Origin: Microgenomates group bacterium Gr01-1014_5
GTDB lineage: Bacteria > Patescibacteriota > Microgenomatia > UBA8517 > UBA10165
DNA length: 64,000 nt
Assembly: GCA_007376395.1 (NCBI GenBank)
Contig: VMGE01000003.1
Location: 26,057 to 90,056 of the forward strand
Direction: 5' to 3'
Position numbers and translations under genes: made by a program. Within the stretch, counting starts at the first letter, position 1; every line of letters begins with the position of its first letter. The notes beneath the pieces were generated by a model, which saw only the letters and a list, made by a program, of their open reading frames with translations, searched no databases and was not told the origin of the DNA. Positions 45,934 to 55,167 of the stretch are shown here, piece by piece.

Positions 45934-47844
45934 TTATTCCGTTCTCTTTTGGCTTACTGCTCCGGGGATTTTTTCCCAATCGCGATTCTTCCTTACTTTT
46001 AAGTTCTTGTTCCAAATAGACTCAAATACAGATAAATCCACTTGTAAAGCTCGAGCTAAGCCCAAAAAACCAACAAGGTCTTTAGGAAAACAGTTATGGA
46101 CAACTGCATCTGCTAAGACGTATGTGTGATTTTTACTAACCTCAAAGTTATAAACTTTTCCTTCATAATCAACCTCAGTAATTTCTTTAATAGGTATAAA
46201 AAAGAAGTCTTTCTCGAAAAAAGAAGTCTTACGTAGAAGTTTAAGGTCTTTTTCTAGTTTGTCGTCGATAATCTGACTAAATTTCTGAATATCGGAATAA
46301 TTCCTAATCCTAATAAAGTAGGCTGTCTTATGATTTACTCCATCCCTACCTGTTCTCTCTTGTGCGATCCTGGTAGAAAAACCAATTTCCAAGCTTAGTA
46401 AAATCAATTTTAATTGATAAAATAAATCCTGAGAAATAGTCGCCATACTATAAACTCCGGTTGATTTGCTACCGTCACCTCTAAAATAACCTTTCATAAA
46501 CTCAGTTAAACCCTTTCTGTTTGATGATAAAATTTTTACACTTAGACGTTTTTTCGCACTCATTTTACCGCAATTTTCCTCAAGTAAGTTAGCTAGTTTC
46601 TGTGAACTACACCGTAGATTAAGTGCATTTCCTACCCCTCTTCTGTGTGTAACTAAGCTGAAATTCAGCTTCAATATTTTCTCAATATCCTCTACATAAG
46701 TAGATTCGTTTTTGTGGAACCCAAATGTTATTCTGTTTTTCACACCTATGTGTCCCTCTGCTACATAATATCCAAAGAGCCGCATAACACTATTATTAAA
46801 ATTTTTCGTACCATTTTTAACTTTAGGTAAAACTATAAAATCTCCTTTTTGTAATTCTCGAGCTGGTACCCACTCTAAATTAAGATTGCCGTTATAATTA
46901 GTAAGCTTTTGTCTTTTAATTCCATTATATTTTCTTCCGGTTTTTACAGCATATACAGGATGTTCACTTGTAAGGGTAAATCCCTGCAACCCCTGTCCTC
47001 TTATAAAAATAAGTTTCTCATTTACCTCTCTTTCGTGCCTTTCTAAAACTTTTTGACAACTTCCATCTATTGTTAGAACAGAATCGCCAAATTCTACTTC
47101 TCGAACGAATTTTATTCCTCCGTTTACATAGACTTTTGTTTCAGGATGTAAACATTTCCCGCCAAATCCCATATCCCCGTCCGGGCCGGGAACTTTCAAA
47201 TGCCCTCCAATTCTCGGGTCTGCCTGTACCATTTCGCGGACATCGTCATAATTTACTTTTAATTTATCTGCTAAACCATGTATTTCATTTGCCAAAATAA
47301 TTTTGGCGGACAATAGCGCGTTGGAAGCAAATTTTGCAAGTTCAACAGTCGTTGGATCACTTAAGAAATATTTCGCGTCCTGGGGGTAAATTGCCTCGTA
47401 TAAAGCCTTGATTCTTTCAGCGATACTTTTATCAAGAGCTCCTATCAAGGTTCTGTCTGGGTGTAAAAAGTCATTTTCTGGCTGTTTTTCAGTTAAAAAT
47501 TCGGGGTTGAAGGCAAAATTTACATTAGAATATTTTTCGCTGAAACTTTTAGTTGTTCCGGGGATAACTGTTGATTTGATAATTAATACTTTTTCCGTAT
47601 TAACCAAAAGTGGAGCAAAATTACTGACTGCCTCCTCTACTACAGAAATATCTGTTCCGGAATAATCAGAAAACATAGGTGTGGGGACACAGACAAATAG
47701 AAAATCTGAAGCCTCGACCAATTCTTCGACACTTAGCCCGCCTTCTTTATATGGGTCGTGCCACGCAACCTCGTGTGAGCTTTGAAAACCCTTACCTGTT
47801 GCTTGTCCTACAACTCCCCAACCAATAATACCAACCTTTGCCAT
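45934..47844 (-). CDS. Nucleotide-sugar (UDP-glucose/GDP-mannose) dehydrogenase-family protein interrupted by an intein. The C-terminal extein is unusually short (52 aa).
   Basis: N-terminal Rossmann GIIGWGVVG, and a catalytic-site GFGGK-[C...VVHN]-CFPKD split by the intein. Confidence 0.8.
   Translation of the reverse strand: MAKVGIIGWGVVGQATGKGFQSSHEVAWHDPYKEGGLSVEELVEASDFLFVCVPTPMFSDYSGTDISVVEEAVSNFAPLLVNTEKVLIIKSTVIPGTTKSFSEKYSNVNFAFNPEFLTEKQPENDFLHPDRTLIGALDKSIAERIKALYEAIYPQDAKYFLSDPTTVELAKFASNALLSAKIILANEIHGLADKLKVNYDDVREMVQADPRIGGHLKVPGPDGDMGFGGKCLHPETKVYVNGGIKFVREVEFGDSVLTIDGSCQKVLERHEREVNEKLIFIRGQGLQGFTLTSEHPVYAVKTGRKYNGIKRQKLTNYNGNLNLEWVPARELQKGDFIVLPKVKNGTKNFNNSVMRLFGYYVAEGHIGVKNRITFGFHKNESTYVEDIEKILKLNFSLVTHRRGVGNALNLRCSSQKLANLLEENCGKMSAKKRLSVKILSSNRKGLTEFMKGYFRGDGSKSTGVYSMATISQDLFYQLKLILLSLEIGFSTRIAQERTGRDGVNHKTAYFIRIRNYSDIQKFSQIIDDKLEKDLKLLRKTSFFEKDFFFIPIKEITEVDYEGKVYNFEVSKNHTYVLADAVVHNCFPKDLVGFLGLARALQVDLSVFESIWNKNLKVRKNRDWEKIPGAVSQKRTE
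46093..47154 (-). mobile_element. Intein (354 aa) with a LAGLIDADG homing-endonuclease domain, inserted at the catalytic Cys of the dehydrogenase
   Basis: Begins with Cys (CLHPE...) and ends ...VVHN followed by a +1 Cys. Contains LAGLIDADG-like LFGYYVAEGHIG. Confidence 0.75.
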
Positions 47845-48101
47845 TATTTTTGTGTCCTTAATGAGGTTATCTCCTCGTCTAATGTATGTATATATCCTTC
47901 CAAAACCTTAATCTGTGAGTATTTTATTTCAGAAGATGCGTTTTCGTGCCTGACGCCATGAAAATACTTGTAACGCTCTGTGAGTTCTGCCTCAGCTTCC
48001 ACTCTTTTCTTTTCAAGCTCCTTAATTCTTTTACCCGGCGCCATTTTACGCAAAGCTATAATTTCCTTAATTGTTGTTCTCTTGGGACGATAATTAGGCA
48101 T
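47844..48101 (-). CDS. Small hypothetical protein
   Basis: ORF track. Confidence 0.4.
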   Translation of the reverse strand: MPNYRPKRTTIKEIIALRKMAPGKRIKELEKKRVEAEAELTERYKYFHGVRHENASSEIKYSQIKVLEGYIHTLDEEITSLRTQK

Positions 48102-48125
48102 AGTTTACCCTGAGTGAAACCGAAA

Positions 48126-48203
48126 GGTGGGCCCAGTTGGACTCGAACCAACAAAACCTTCTAGGTATAAGCTAGACGCTCTGGCCAATTGAGCTATGGG
48201 CCC
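48126..48203 (-). tRNA. tRNA with apparent anticodon UAU (Ile, AUA-decoding type) and an atypical 7-nt variable region
   Basis: Hand fold GGGCCCA-TA-GCTC-AATTGGCCA-GAGC-G-TCTAG-CTTATAC-CTAGA-AGGTTTT-GTTGG-TTCGAGT-CCAAC-TGGGCCC-A-CC. A TAAAAT box sits about 13 nt upstream. Confidence 0.7.
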
Positions 48204-48227
48204 CAACCATGGCTATTTTATCATATT

Positions 48228-48908
48228 TCAAGTCCGAAGTCTCCTGACATATTCGTCAGATACAACCTCTATGCTCATTAAAATCTTCTCGATCAGATCC
48301 CTGCCGTTTACTATCAAATTACAAGTGCCGTGACCGATACCCTTATAAGTTAAGCCTCGTAGTGTTGTTTCTTTTATATAAGGTTTTATAAATTTGCCCT
48401 CAGGAATCCTTAGCTCCTTACTCCAAAATGCAATTTCCATCTTTTGATCCATATCTTTATATAGATGCAACCTAATAGTTATTTTATCTTTTGGAACTTT
48501 AAGAATTTTAATTAGCCAGTAAAGAAAAAATTTTACTACTTTAGGATTAGTGTTACTCAAACTCGTTGCAAATGGCGTAGTCTTTGCTCCCTCACCCCAA
48601 TAAAGAAATAGTCCTGCAATTAACAGTTCTCGCTTCGTTAAGGGCAGTAATAATTTCTTTTGGTGGTCATATACAGCTTTCCGTCTAGTAGTAGTTTTTA
48701 TTCTCCATGTCTCTCTAAATCTCTCAATACGTTTTTCGCTATTTGCCCTCAGTTTATTTATTTGCTCTCTACTTAGAGGATATCCGCGAAGCCACAAACT
48801 AAGACTGCTTTTACTTACTTGAAGTTGTTCTTTTATATATGAATAGCTAAAACCTTGCTTCCTTAATTCTAAGGCTTGAAGTCTCTTCTCAGTCAGTGGA
48901 GCAACCAT
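48228..48908 (-). CDS. HTH plus LAGLIDADG-like homing endonuclease fusion (paralog C)
   Basis: ELRKQGFSYSYIKEQLQVSKSSLSLWLR HTH; LIAGLFLYWGEGAK. Confidence 0.6.
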   Translation of the reverse strand: MVAPLTEKRLQALELRKQGFSYSYIKEQLQVSKSSLSLWLRGYPLSREQINKLRANSEKRIERFRETWRIKTTTRRKAVYDHQKKLLLPLTKRELLIAGLFLYWGEGAKTTPFATSLSNTNPKVVKFFLYWLIKILKVPKDKITIRLHLYKDMDQKMEIAFWSKELRIPEGKFIKPYIKETTLRGLTYKGIGHGTCNLIVNGRDLIEKILMSIEVVSDEYVRRLRT

Positions 48909-48967
48909 ATAAACCAGTAAATACTAAATAAGAAACTACTAATTTAGTGTACGAATAATTGGGGGTA

Positions 48968-49011
48968 ATGTCAATTAGAGCTTCGCGCTACCACCACTGA
49001 GCTACGGGCCC
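48968..49011 (-). pseudogene. tRNA-like 5' fragment (GGGCCCGTAGCTCAGTGGTGGTAGCGCG...) resembling the 5' half of the adjacent intact tRNA
   Basis: About 23/28 identity to the 5' end of tRNA 48126..48203. No convincing anticodon or T arm follows. Confidence 0.45.
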
Positions 49012-49026
49012 GTGCCTGCAATTATA

Positions 49027-49434
49027 TCACTCCATGCCATTAGATTCTAGCTTCGCAAAGGCTTTCTGAAGTTTTTCATCGAATGTTGCAAATTTATCTG
49101 CATTGTTTTTCTTTGCATAAAAAAGATTGAAGGAATCTGGTAAATTAAATCTTGTTGTAGAATAGTGCTCAACAGCCAGAGTTAGTGACTCTCTATAATC
49201 AAGTTGAATAAACTTTAGGTCTAAAATTTGTCTCAATTCTTTCACTAATTCCCTTCTGTCTTTTTTATAGACGCTTTTCAACACCCAATAAACTTCAAAA
49301 ATTACAATAACAGAAGTAAAAAGTTTAACTTCTTCTTTCGCCCCCCTTAAAAGAAGTTTTTCTGCTTGTTTATGTTGAGAAAGATTATCTTTTAGAAGAA
49401 AGCGCAAGAATAAATTAGTATCAATAAAGATCAT
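49027..49434 (-). CDS. PIN-domain toxin (VapC-like)
   Basis: MIFIDTNLF... first-strand Asp and downstream acidic residues; overlaps the antitoxin gene by 4 nt. Confidence 0.75.
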   Translation of the reverse strand: MIFIDTNLFLRFLLKDNLSQHKQAEKLLLRGAKEEVKLFTSVIVIFEVYWVLKSVYKKDRRELVKELRQILDLKFIQLDYRESLTLAVEHYSTTRFNLPDSFNLFYAKKNNADKFATFDEKLQKAFAKLESNGME

Positions 49435-49709
49435 TTTTCGTATTTTGCAGAATAATGTTCTTTAATTGCCAATTCTATAATCTCATCATCGCTCATTCCT
49501 CTAAATCTCTTTGGCTTCTTTACAGACCCTGCAAGACGTTTAACTAAAGCAACCGCAGACTCGACTTTTAAAATTCCATTGTCTTCATTGACTACAACTC
49601 TATCCCCCACTTTAAGCCCTGCTTTTCTGAAGACTTTTACAGGAATTGTAAGTTGTCTTTTACTGGTAATAGTAGCCATTGACATTGTAAGGAAATTATA
49701 TAAAAACAA
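49431..49709 (-). CDS. AbrB/MazE/SpoVT-type antitoxin
   Basis: SKRQLTIPVKVFRKAGLKVGDRVVV swapped-hairpin motif. Confidence 0.7.
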   Translation of the reverse strand: MFLYNFLTMSMATITSKRQLTIPVKVFRKAGLKVGDRVVVNEDNGILKVESAVALVKRLAGSVKKPKRFRGMSDDEIIELAIKEHYSAKYEK

Positions 49710-49763
49710 GGAAATATTGTCAAGGTAAGGAAAATTTTGAGTCTAATATATAATGAAAACTTT

Positions 49764-52700
49764 TTAAGAAAGTAAAGTTCCTGTTTGTTTGCTTAAGATT
49801 ACTGCGTTTAAGTCATGATATCCGCCAAACCAACTCATTAAACCCCCCAAAGTATCGCTGTATTCAGAAGTATTGTTGCTTGGCGGCAAATATACGCTTA
49901 CCGTACGCTTGTCGGAATTAAACCCTGCTTTTGCCGCTTCTTGGGGGAGAAGTGAAACCGTCTTTGAACTGTCTGCGCCGGTGGCGACAACTATTTCACT
50001 TCCTACAACCAACACAGCGCCAATTGCTTCTGCTTTTTCCAAAGCAAGGCGAATTATAGCACGGTAAATATCTGGCGTCTCGGAAGCGGTGTAGACCGGC
50101 TCAAGCAAGATTGCCGGTTGTTTTTGCCCATCATTTGTTTGAATGTGAGTCAATTTGGCCATTGCACGACCCAGCACCTCTCTTCTCTCGTTTTCCACAT
50201 TAAAAACGCGCTTATTGGCGTCCACCACATAAGCCGGCAAGCAATAGTTGAATGCTCCACCCCGCCAAGACTGACATGTTTCCCGAGGCTCAATTCCCGC
50301 TTTCAATAAAGCTACCGGGTCGTCCGAATCGTATGCCCGCAAGACAGCAACAGTCTCTAATTTTGCTTGGGTAGTAAACACTTTTTCTATTTGATCCAAA
50401 TCCCGCATGGGCTGTTCCAGACCGGACAGTACACCCATAGCGCTCTTTGTTTTTGCCGCGATTGATAAAATATCTTGAGGTTTAAGCGAATCAGGGCTTG
50501 CCGATTCAAGCTGAATAAACCCTTCAATTAAGCGCAGTTCGGCGTCAACAGACCGCTTTCTTACACCTAGTTCTCTTTTCTCATCCTCTTGGGAATTTGC
50601 TTTTATCTCTCTGATCAGGGTTTTTTGCATTTCTCCAAGCTGACGAGCCCTGTCCGGCGAAAAGTCTACTTTATATATATCCTGAACATGAGCCCGCGCT
50701 TCACCAACAATGCGTTTTATAGCGTCAACCGTGGCTTGGCGCGCCTCCGCTCCTTTTTGCGCCTGAACACTCAAGACTACCTCTGGTACCGGTTCGAGCC
50801 AAGCATTCCTCTTGTCTTCTGCTAAAATACTAAGCTGTTCTTTAGACGCCTCAAGGCCCTCTCTCCACGCCTTAAAATCTCCAAAGACAATATGCCTGCC
50901 TATTTCCCGCACCACCCCTTCTTCACTTGAACGGGATAACTTACTCATTTGAGATAGAAGACTGGGTATTATTTCAACAATATTGCTCTCGACTAAATAA
51001 GGAAGTTTCTCATTAACTAAAGCTTTCTCAGCTTCTCCCAACTCCATCTTTTCTGCAACAACGGCAACAACTTTTTCTTTAAGATCGGCAATTGTTTCCT
51101 GAAGCGTAGCTTTGGGGTCGTAAGAAAATTTACCCAATCCGTCTAACGTTTGTAACAGCCGGAAAACTTCCCTTACTCTGGCCGAATCTTCCCTAGCACC
51201 TGTGACAAAACCCAAAACAGACTCTGCAATTTCCCTACCGTTTTCTTTTCCGCTCAACATCAACAGACCCTCAGACATGGCGTTTCTGGCCATTATGCCC
51301 ACTTTCAAGTCCCGTGTATTATAAAGTTCGCGCAACTTAGCAATTAAGGCTTCGTCTAATTTAATTCCTTCGCGAGCAACAATTTCAGGAAACCAAGCGT
51401 AATTGCCATTTTCAGGGTGAACAAGAGCTTTAAAAATGTCAGGTGTGTTAATTCTCCAATCCGCAACACCGCTGGCTGCAACTACCGGCGCAACGCTCTC
51501 GATATTTTGTATTAATAAGTCTTCTACTTTATTAGTAGTGTCTGCCCAACCACCAGCAAAGAAAAATGCGCGCAATTCAGTATCAGTTAAATCTACCCCT
51601 TGTTGTTTACCAATAGTTTTGGCAATTTGGGTCATTTTTTCCAGCGCGAGATATTTTGGAGCTTGCGAGAGAAGACCTGACATACCATAACCATCAAATT
51701 GCTGATAAACACTGTCGCGATTCAGCAACCACTCGGTTATAATCCGTTTATCAAGAGGAGAAGAAGCTTCTATGACTTTATGTAAATCTTCTTGTGTAAG
51801 CGGGTTTTGAGCTATTTTATCTATTGTATAGGCAACTGAATTACTTGTATGCCCACCCGGAAAACGCCGAAGATATTCTATCAAGTGCGGTATTGCGCGA
51901 GGGTCGCGCATAAGATAAAAACAATGACTTGCACTCGTTCCGTCCCAACTTTCTGCTCTCCCATTAAAGAGATCTTGTAAGAACTTTATGTGAACAACAT
52001 CATATAAAGCTCTTGTTTGTTCAGGAGTTGGATTAATCGCTTCCCATTCTTCTTTCTGAAAATCTTTCATCACCCTATATATTGCTTCACCTTTAGCATG
52101 AAACGAATCGGGTAAAAGTTGTGTAAAGTAAGTAAACTGGTTCGACTTATTTTCATAATCTGTCTGTAGTTTTGTAATTTGCTCGAATGTTGCTTGATAA
52201 GCTTTTTTGGTGTCATCGTCTGAAACTGCCGTTGCTAATATTTTGATTGATTCTGCCATTTTCAAACCTTCTTTGTAAGGAAACTTACCTACAATATCCT
52301 TGCCAAACAAATCGCGACCGTATCTTCCTAAAGCTTCAAGACAAATTTCCTGAAGTTCCACTTTTACTTGCTCCATGCGTTGATATAATTCAGAATTTTC
52401 TTCCCGGCGTTTTGGCGAAAACAAAAAGTGCTGTGTCATTGCAACTGCTCTAAATGCCTGAAGGGTGCTTTTGTATGCTTCTTCCGGATTTTCCACTCCA
52501 TCCCTATCAAATTTATGCCGCCTTGACCATATTTCTTCATTTTGTTTGTCTAAAAATAATTGCAGTTTCTCGGTATTTACAGGATCTCCCTGAACCGGCA
52601 TAAACTCAGCACTTGCTACCCCGAAAGGAGACAGCGCAAGGTCAACATCTTCTCGAACAATATTTCCCGGTTTAAGTACAAATCTTAATAAAGGGTTTTT

Positions 52701-52817
52701 AACTCTTGTTTCAACCGCCGCTTTATAATTAGCAACCGCGTTTTTAAGAAGTTTTAAGTTTGGAGATTCAGGCTTTTCAAGCTCTCGATTTTCAATTGGG
52801 GCAGTAGAAACTTCCAT
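49764..52817 (-). CDS. Giant hypothetical protein (1017 aa) with no recognisable domain. Last gene of the ATPase operon.
   Basis: ORF track; 3-nt gap to the upstream ATPase gene; no TM helices or signal peptide. Confidence 0.6.
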   Translation of the reverse strand: MEVSTAPIENRELEKPESPNLKLLKNAVANYKAAVETRVKNPLLRFVLKPGNIVREDVDLALSPFGVASAEFMPVQGDPVNTEKLQLFLDKQNEEIWSRRHKFDRDGVENPEEAYKSTLQAFRAVAMTQHFLFSPKRREENSELYQRMEQVKVELQEICLEALGRYGRDLFGKDIVGKFPYKEGLKMAESIKILATAVSDDDTKKAYQATFEQITKLQTDYENKSNQFTYFTQLLPDSFHAKGEAIYRVMKDFQKEEWEAINPTPEQTRALYDVVHIKFLQDLFNGRAESWDGTSASHCFYLMRDPRAIPHLIEYLRRFPGGHTSNSVAYTIDKIAQNPLTQEDLHKVIEASSPLDKRIITEWLLNRDSVYQQFDGYGMSGLLSQAPKYLALEKMTQIAKTIGKQQGVDLTDTELRAFFFAGGWADTTNKVEDLLIQNIESVAPVVAASGVADWRINTPDIFKALVHPENGNYAWFPEIVAREGIKLDEALIAKLRELYNTRDLKVGIMARNAMSEGLLMLSGKENGREIAESVLGFVTGAREDSARVREVFRLLQTLDGLGKFSYDPKATLQETIADLKEKVVAVVAEKMELGEAEKALVNEKLPYLVESNIVEIIPSLLSQMSKLSRSSEEGVVREIGRHIVFGDFKAWREGLEASKEQLSILAEDKRNAWLEPVPEVVLSVQAQKGAEARQATVDAIKRIVGEARAHVQDIYKVDFSPDRARQLGEMQKTLIREIKANSQEDEKRELGVRKRSVDAELRLIEGFIQLESASPDSLKPQDILSIAAKTKSAMGVLSGLEQPMRDLDQIEKVFTTQAKLETVAVLRAYDSDDPVALLKAGIEPRETCQSWRGGAFNYCLPAYVVDANKRVFNVENERREVLGRAMAKLTHIQTNDGQKQPAILLEPVYTASETPDIYRAIIRLALEKAEAIGAVLVVGSEIVVATGADSSKTVSLLPQEAAKAGFNSDKRTVSVYLPPSNNTSEYSDTLGGLMSWFGGYHDLNAVILSKQTGTLLS

Positions 52818-52820
52818 TTT

Positions 52821-55166
52821 TTATAGTTTTGCCCGTCTTCCAATTTCTGCCTCAACCAAAGCCTTATCTCGGCCGTACTTGAGGCGGGACATTTCTTTGA
52901 TAATTTGGGCTACCCGGTCATTTTTACTTGCATTCACCTGAACCATGTCGCGCGTTAGATCGACTGAGAATGGAGGAACAGGCTCGTTATTCACAATTGT
53001 CTTCGTGTAGACATTGAAGCGCTCGATATTTAAGAGATCGTCTTCGTCAAAAACCGGCTGGAATTCGCGAGCCAAATAATTAGCGTCTGTCACACCCACA
53101 CGGAAAGCCATTAATGTTCCGACATTGCCGAAGACTGCGTTTTTGACCTCCTCGTCCATCTGTCCTATAAATTGGTTGGCAACACAAAGTGAAAGTCTAA
53201 ATTTGCGCGCCTCAGAAAGAATTTGGGCAAAGTCAGGCGTCGCAAAGTTTTGGAACTCGTCAACATACATGTAAAAATCTGTACGCTGATTCTCGGGAAC
53301 GTCAGCGCGCGACAAGGCAGCCATTAAAATTCTAGGAATAAGAATTAGTCCCAAGAAACTTGAGTTTTCCTCCCCCAAGCGCCCTTTGGAAAGATTAATC
53401 AAAAGAATTTTTCTGTTGTCCATTACTTCGCGCAGATTGAGCGTGGAGGTGCTTTGACCAATGATATTTCTAATTAATTTATTGGTAACAAAGCGTCCGA
53501 ATTTAGAAACGATATAGTCCAAAACCTCGGATTTGTGGAACTCTGCAGTTTGGGCAATCTGGTCTGTCCAATAGCGGCGGATCATCGGGTCTTTTAGCTT
53601 GGGAATAAGCTCTTGAACAAAGGCCGGATCGGTTAAAATGCGGACGACCTCGACAAAGGTTGCCCCCGGCACTTCGTATGCGGTCAACATCGCGTTGCGG
53701 ACTGAATGCTCAAAACGCGGACCGATAATGCCAGTTTTATACGGATCGTAAAGTTTATACATCAAGTTGATGATGGCGGACGACACAAAGTGCATCTGCT
53801 GTTCACTTACTGCCTCCAGAAGGTTTAGACCTATTGGCCGCTCTTCATCAGCCGGGTCAAAGTAGATAACATCTTCTGCGCGTTCTGGCGGAATCATTTT
53901 CAAGATGTCTTCTATGGCGTCGCCGTGTGGATCCATAAAGCAAAGTCCGCGCCCTCCTCTAATATCTTGCATAATTAAATCCTTCAAAAGCTCTGTCTTG
54001 CCAGTTCCTGTTTTACCGATAATGTACATATGACGGCGCCTGTCGTCGTCCTCGATATAAACCGGGCGCTCTACTCCCCGATACGCACTCTGGCCGATAT
54101 AAAGACCGCTTGTTGCAATCTGCGCCGGAGCCGGAGCGCGCTTGGCATTAAGCCAATAAATGTGCGGGGTTGTAATTTGTTTATTAGGGAGATGGAAAAC
54201 CGTGGCCAACTCCTCTGAATTTAAGACCATCTTTTGGTTGCCAAAAAAGTGCACCATCGGGTGGTAGCGGTAAAGGAAATCAGAAACAAAAGCACCTTTG
54301 TTGCGGATTTTTCTGCCTTTAAATCCATTTAATTCTCCTGAAAACTGTTCAAAAGCAGATTTTATATTAGCTAAATGTGTTTTTGCGGCCGACTCGTCGC
54401 GGGCAACGACAACCGTCCTAATTGTCACTTCAAACCCGGGCTTGGAAAGCTTGTTGTTAATCGCTTCCATTGTTTTTGCGTCGACTTTATAAGAAGCTTT
54501 TTCCGGGTCTGCTTCTGACTTTTTAACCCGGGAGAGATACCCCTTACCTTCTTTTTTCCAATCGCTGTCGGCTGGCGAAAGTAGAATCTGGATGCCAACT
54601 GCTTCCCCCTCCCCCATTTTGGCCAAAGACGAAGTTAAGGAAGAAAGCGGATCAGTGGCTAAATCTTTATAGATTTTGATCGGGTTGAAGCTGGGACTTC
54701 TTAATTGCACAGTCGAGTAGGCAACCTTGCCGTTTTCAGTAAACAGGTTATACTCCGGAACCTCAATGATTTCCGCGTCGGTGTATGCCCCGTAAATTTG
54801 TTTTTCAACTAAATCGTGCAGACGGCGCGGGCACCAAACATAAAAACGGATATCTTCGGATCTGGCGACAATCTCAAAAGAGATTGTTTCTTGGGTATCA
54901 AACCTTTGCTTCCAACCGCCCTTTTTTATTGAATAAAGAGCCGCGAACATTTGTTCTGCCGCGTCAATTTTTACTTCACTGTCGCGCGGAACAGCAATTT
55001 GCAAAAGAATTGAGTCTAAAGACCTTGATTCTCTTTTTCTGTGTTTGAAGATTGTCAAAACCCAGTAAGCTAAGATCGACAAGACTAGGCTTAAAAGGCC
55101 AAAGACGATCAAAACCATGAAGGCGCTAATTACTAATTCTGTCAGTCTGGTGGTAACATCATCCAT
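52821..55166 (-). CDS. Membrane-anchored FtsK/HerA/TraD/VirD4-like P-loop ATPase (coupling-protein-like)
   Basis: N-terminal TM helices. Walker A IIGKTGTGKTE, Walker B FYMYVDEFQNFAT and a downstream ARKFRLSLCVANQ. Architecture is like T4SS coupling proteins. Confidence 0.7.
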   Translation of the reverse strand: MDDVTTRLTELVISAFMVLIVFGLLSLVLSILAYWVLTIFKHRKRESRSLDSILLQIAVPRDSEVKIDAAEQMFAALYSIKKGGWKQRFDTQETISFEIVARSEDIRFYVWCPRRLHDLVEKQIYGAYTDAEIIEVPEYNLFTENGKVAYSTVQLRSPSFNPIKIYKDLATDPLSSLTSSLAKMGEGEAVGIQILLSPADSDWKKEGKGYLSRVKKSEADPEKASYKVDAKTMEAINNKLSKPGFEVTIRTVVVARDESAAKTHLANIKSAFEQFSGELNGFKGRKIRNKGAFVSDFLYRYHPMVHFFGNQKMVLNSEELATVFHLPNKQITTPHIYWLNAKRAPAPAQIATSGLYIGQSAYRGVERPVYIEDDDRRRHMYIIGKTGTGKTELLKDLIMQDIRGGRGLCFMDPHGDAIEDILKMIPPERAEDVIYFDPADEERPIGLNLLEAVSEQQMHFVSSAIINLMYKLYDPYKTGIIGPRFEHSVRNAMLTAYEVPGATFVEVVRILTDPAFVQELIPKLKDPMIRRYWTDQIAQTAEFHKSEVLDYIVSKFGRFVTNKLIRNIIGQSTSTLNLREVMDNRKILLINLSKGRLGEENSSFLGLILIPRILMAALSRADVPENQRTDFYMYVDEFQNFATPDFAQILSEARKFRLSLCVANQFIGQMDEEVKNAVFGNVGTLMAFRVGVTDANYLAREFQPVFDEDDLLNIERFNVYTKTIVNNEPVPPFSVDLTRDMVQVNASKNDRVAQIIKEMSRLKYGRDKALVEAEIGRRAKL

Positions 55167-55167
55167 C

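Noticed and set aside
48204-48969. Group I intron carrying the HE-like gene inside a tRNA
   Set aside because: Only about 60 nt and about 24 nt of non-ORF sequence flank the ORF, which is insufficient for a P1-P9 ribozyme core. The downstream tRNA is complete by itself.
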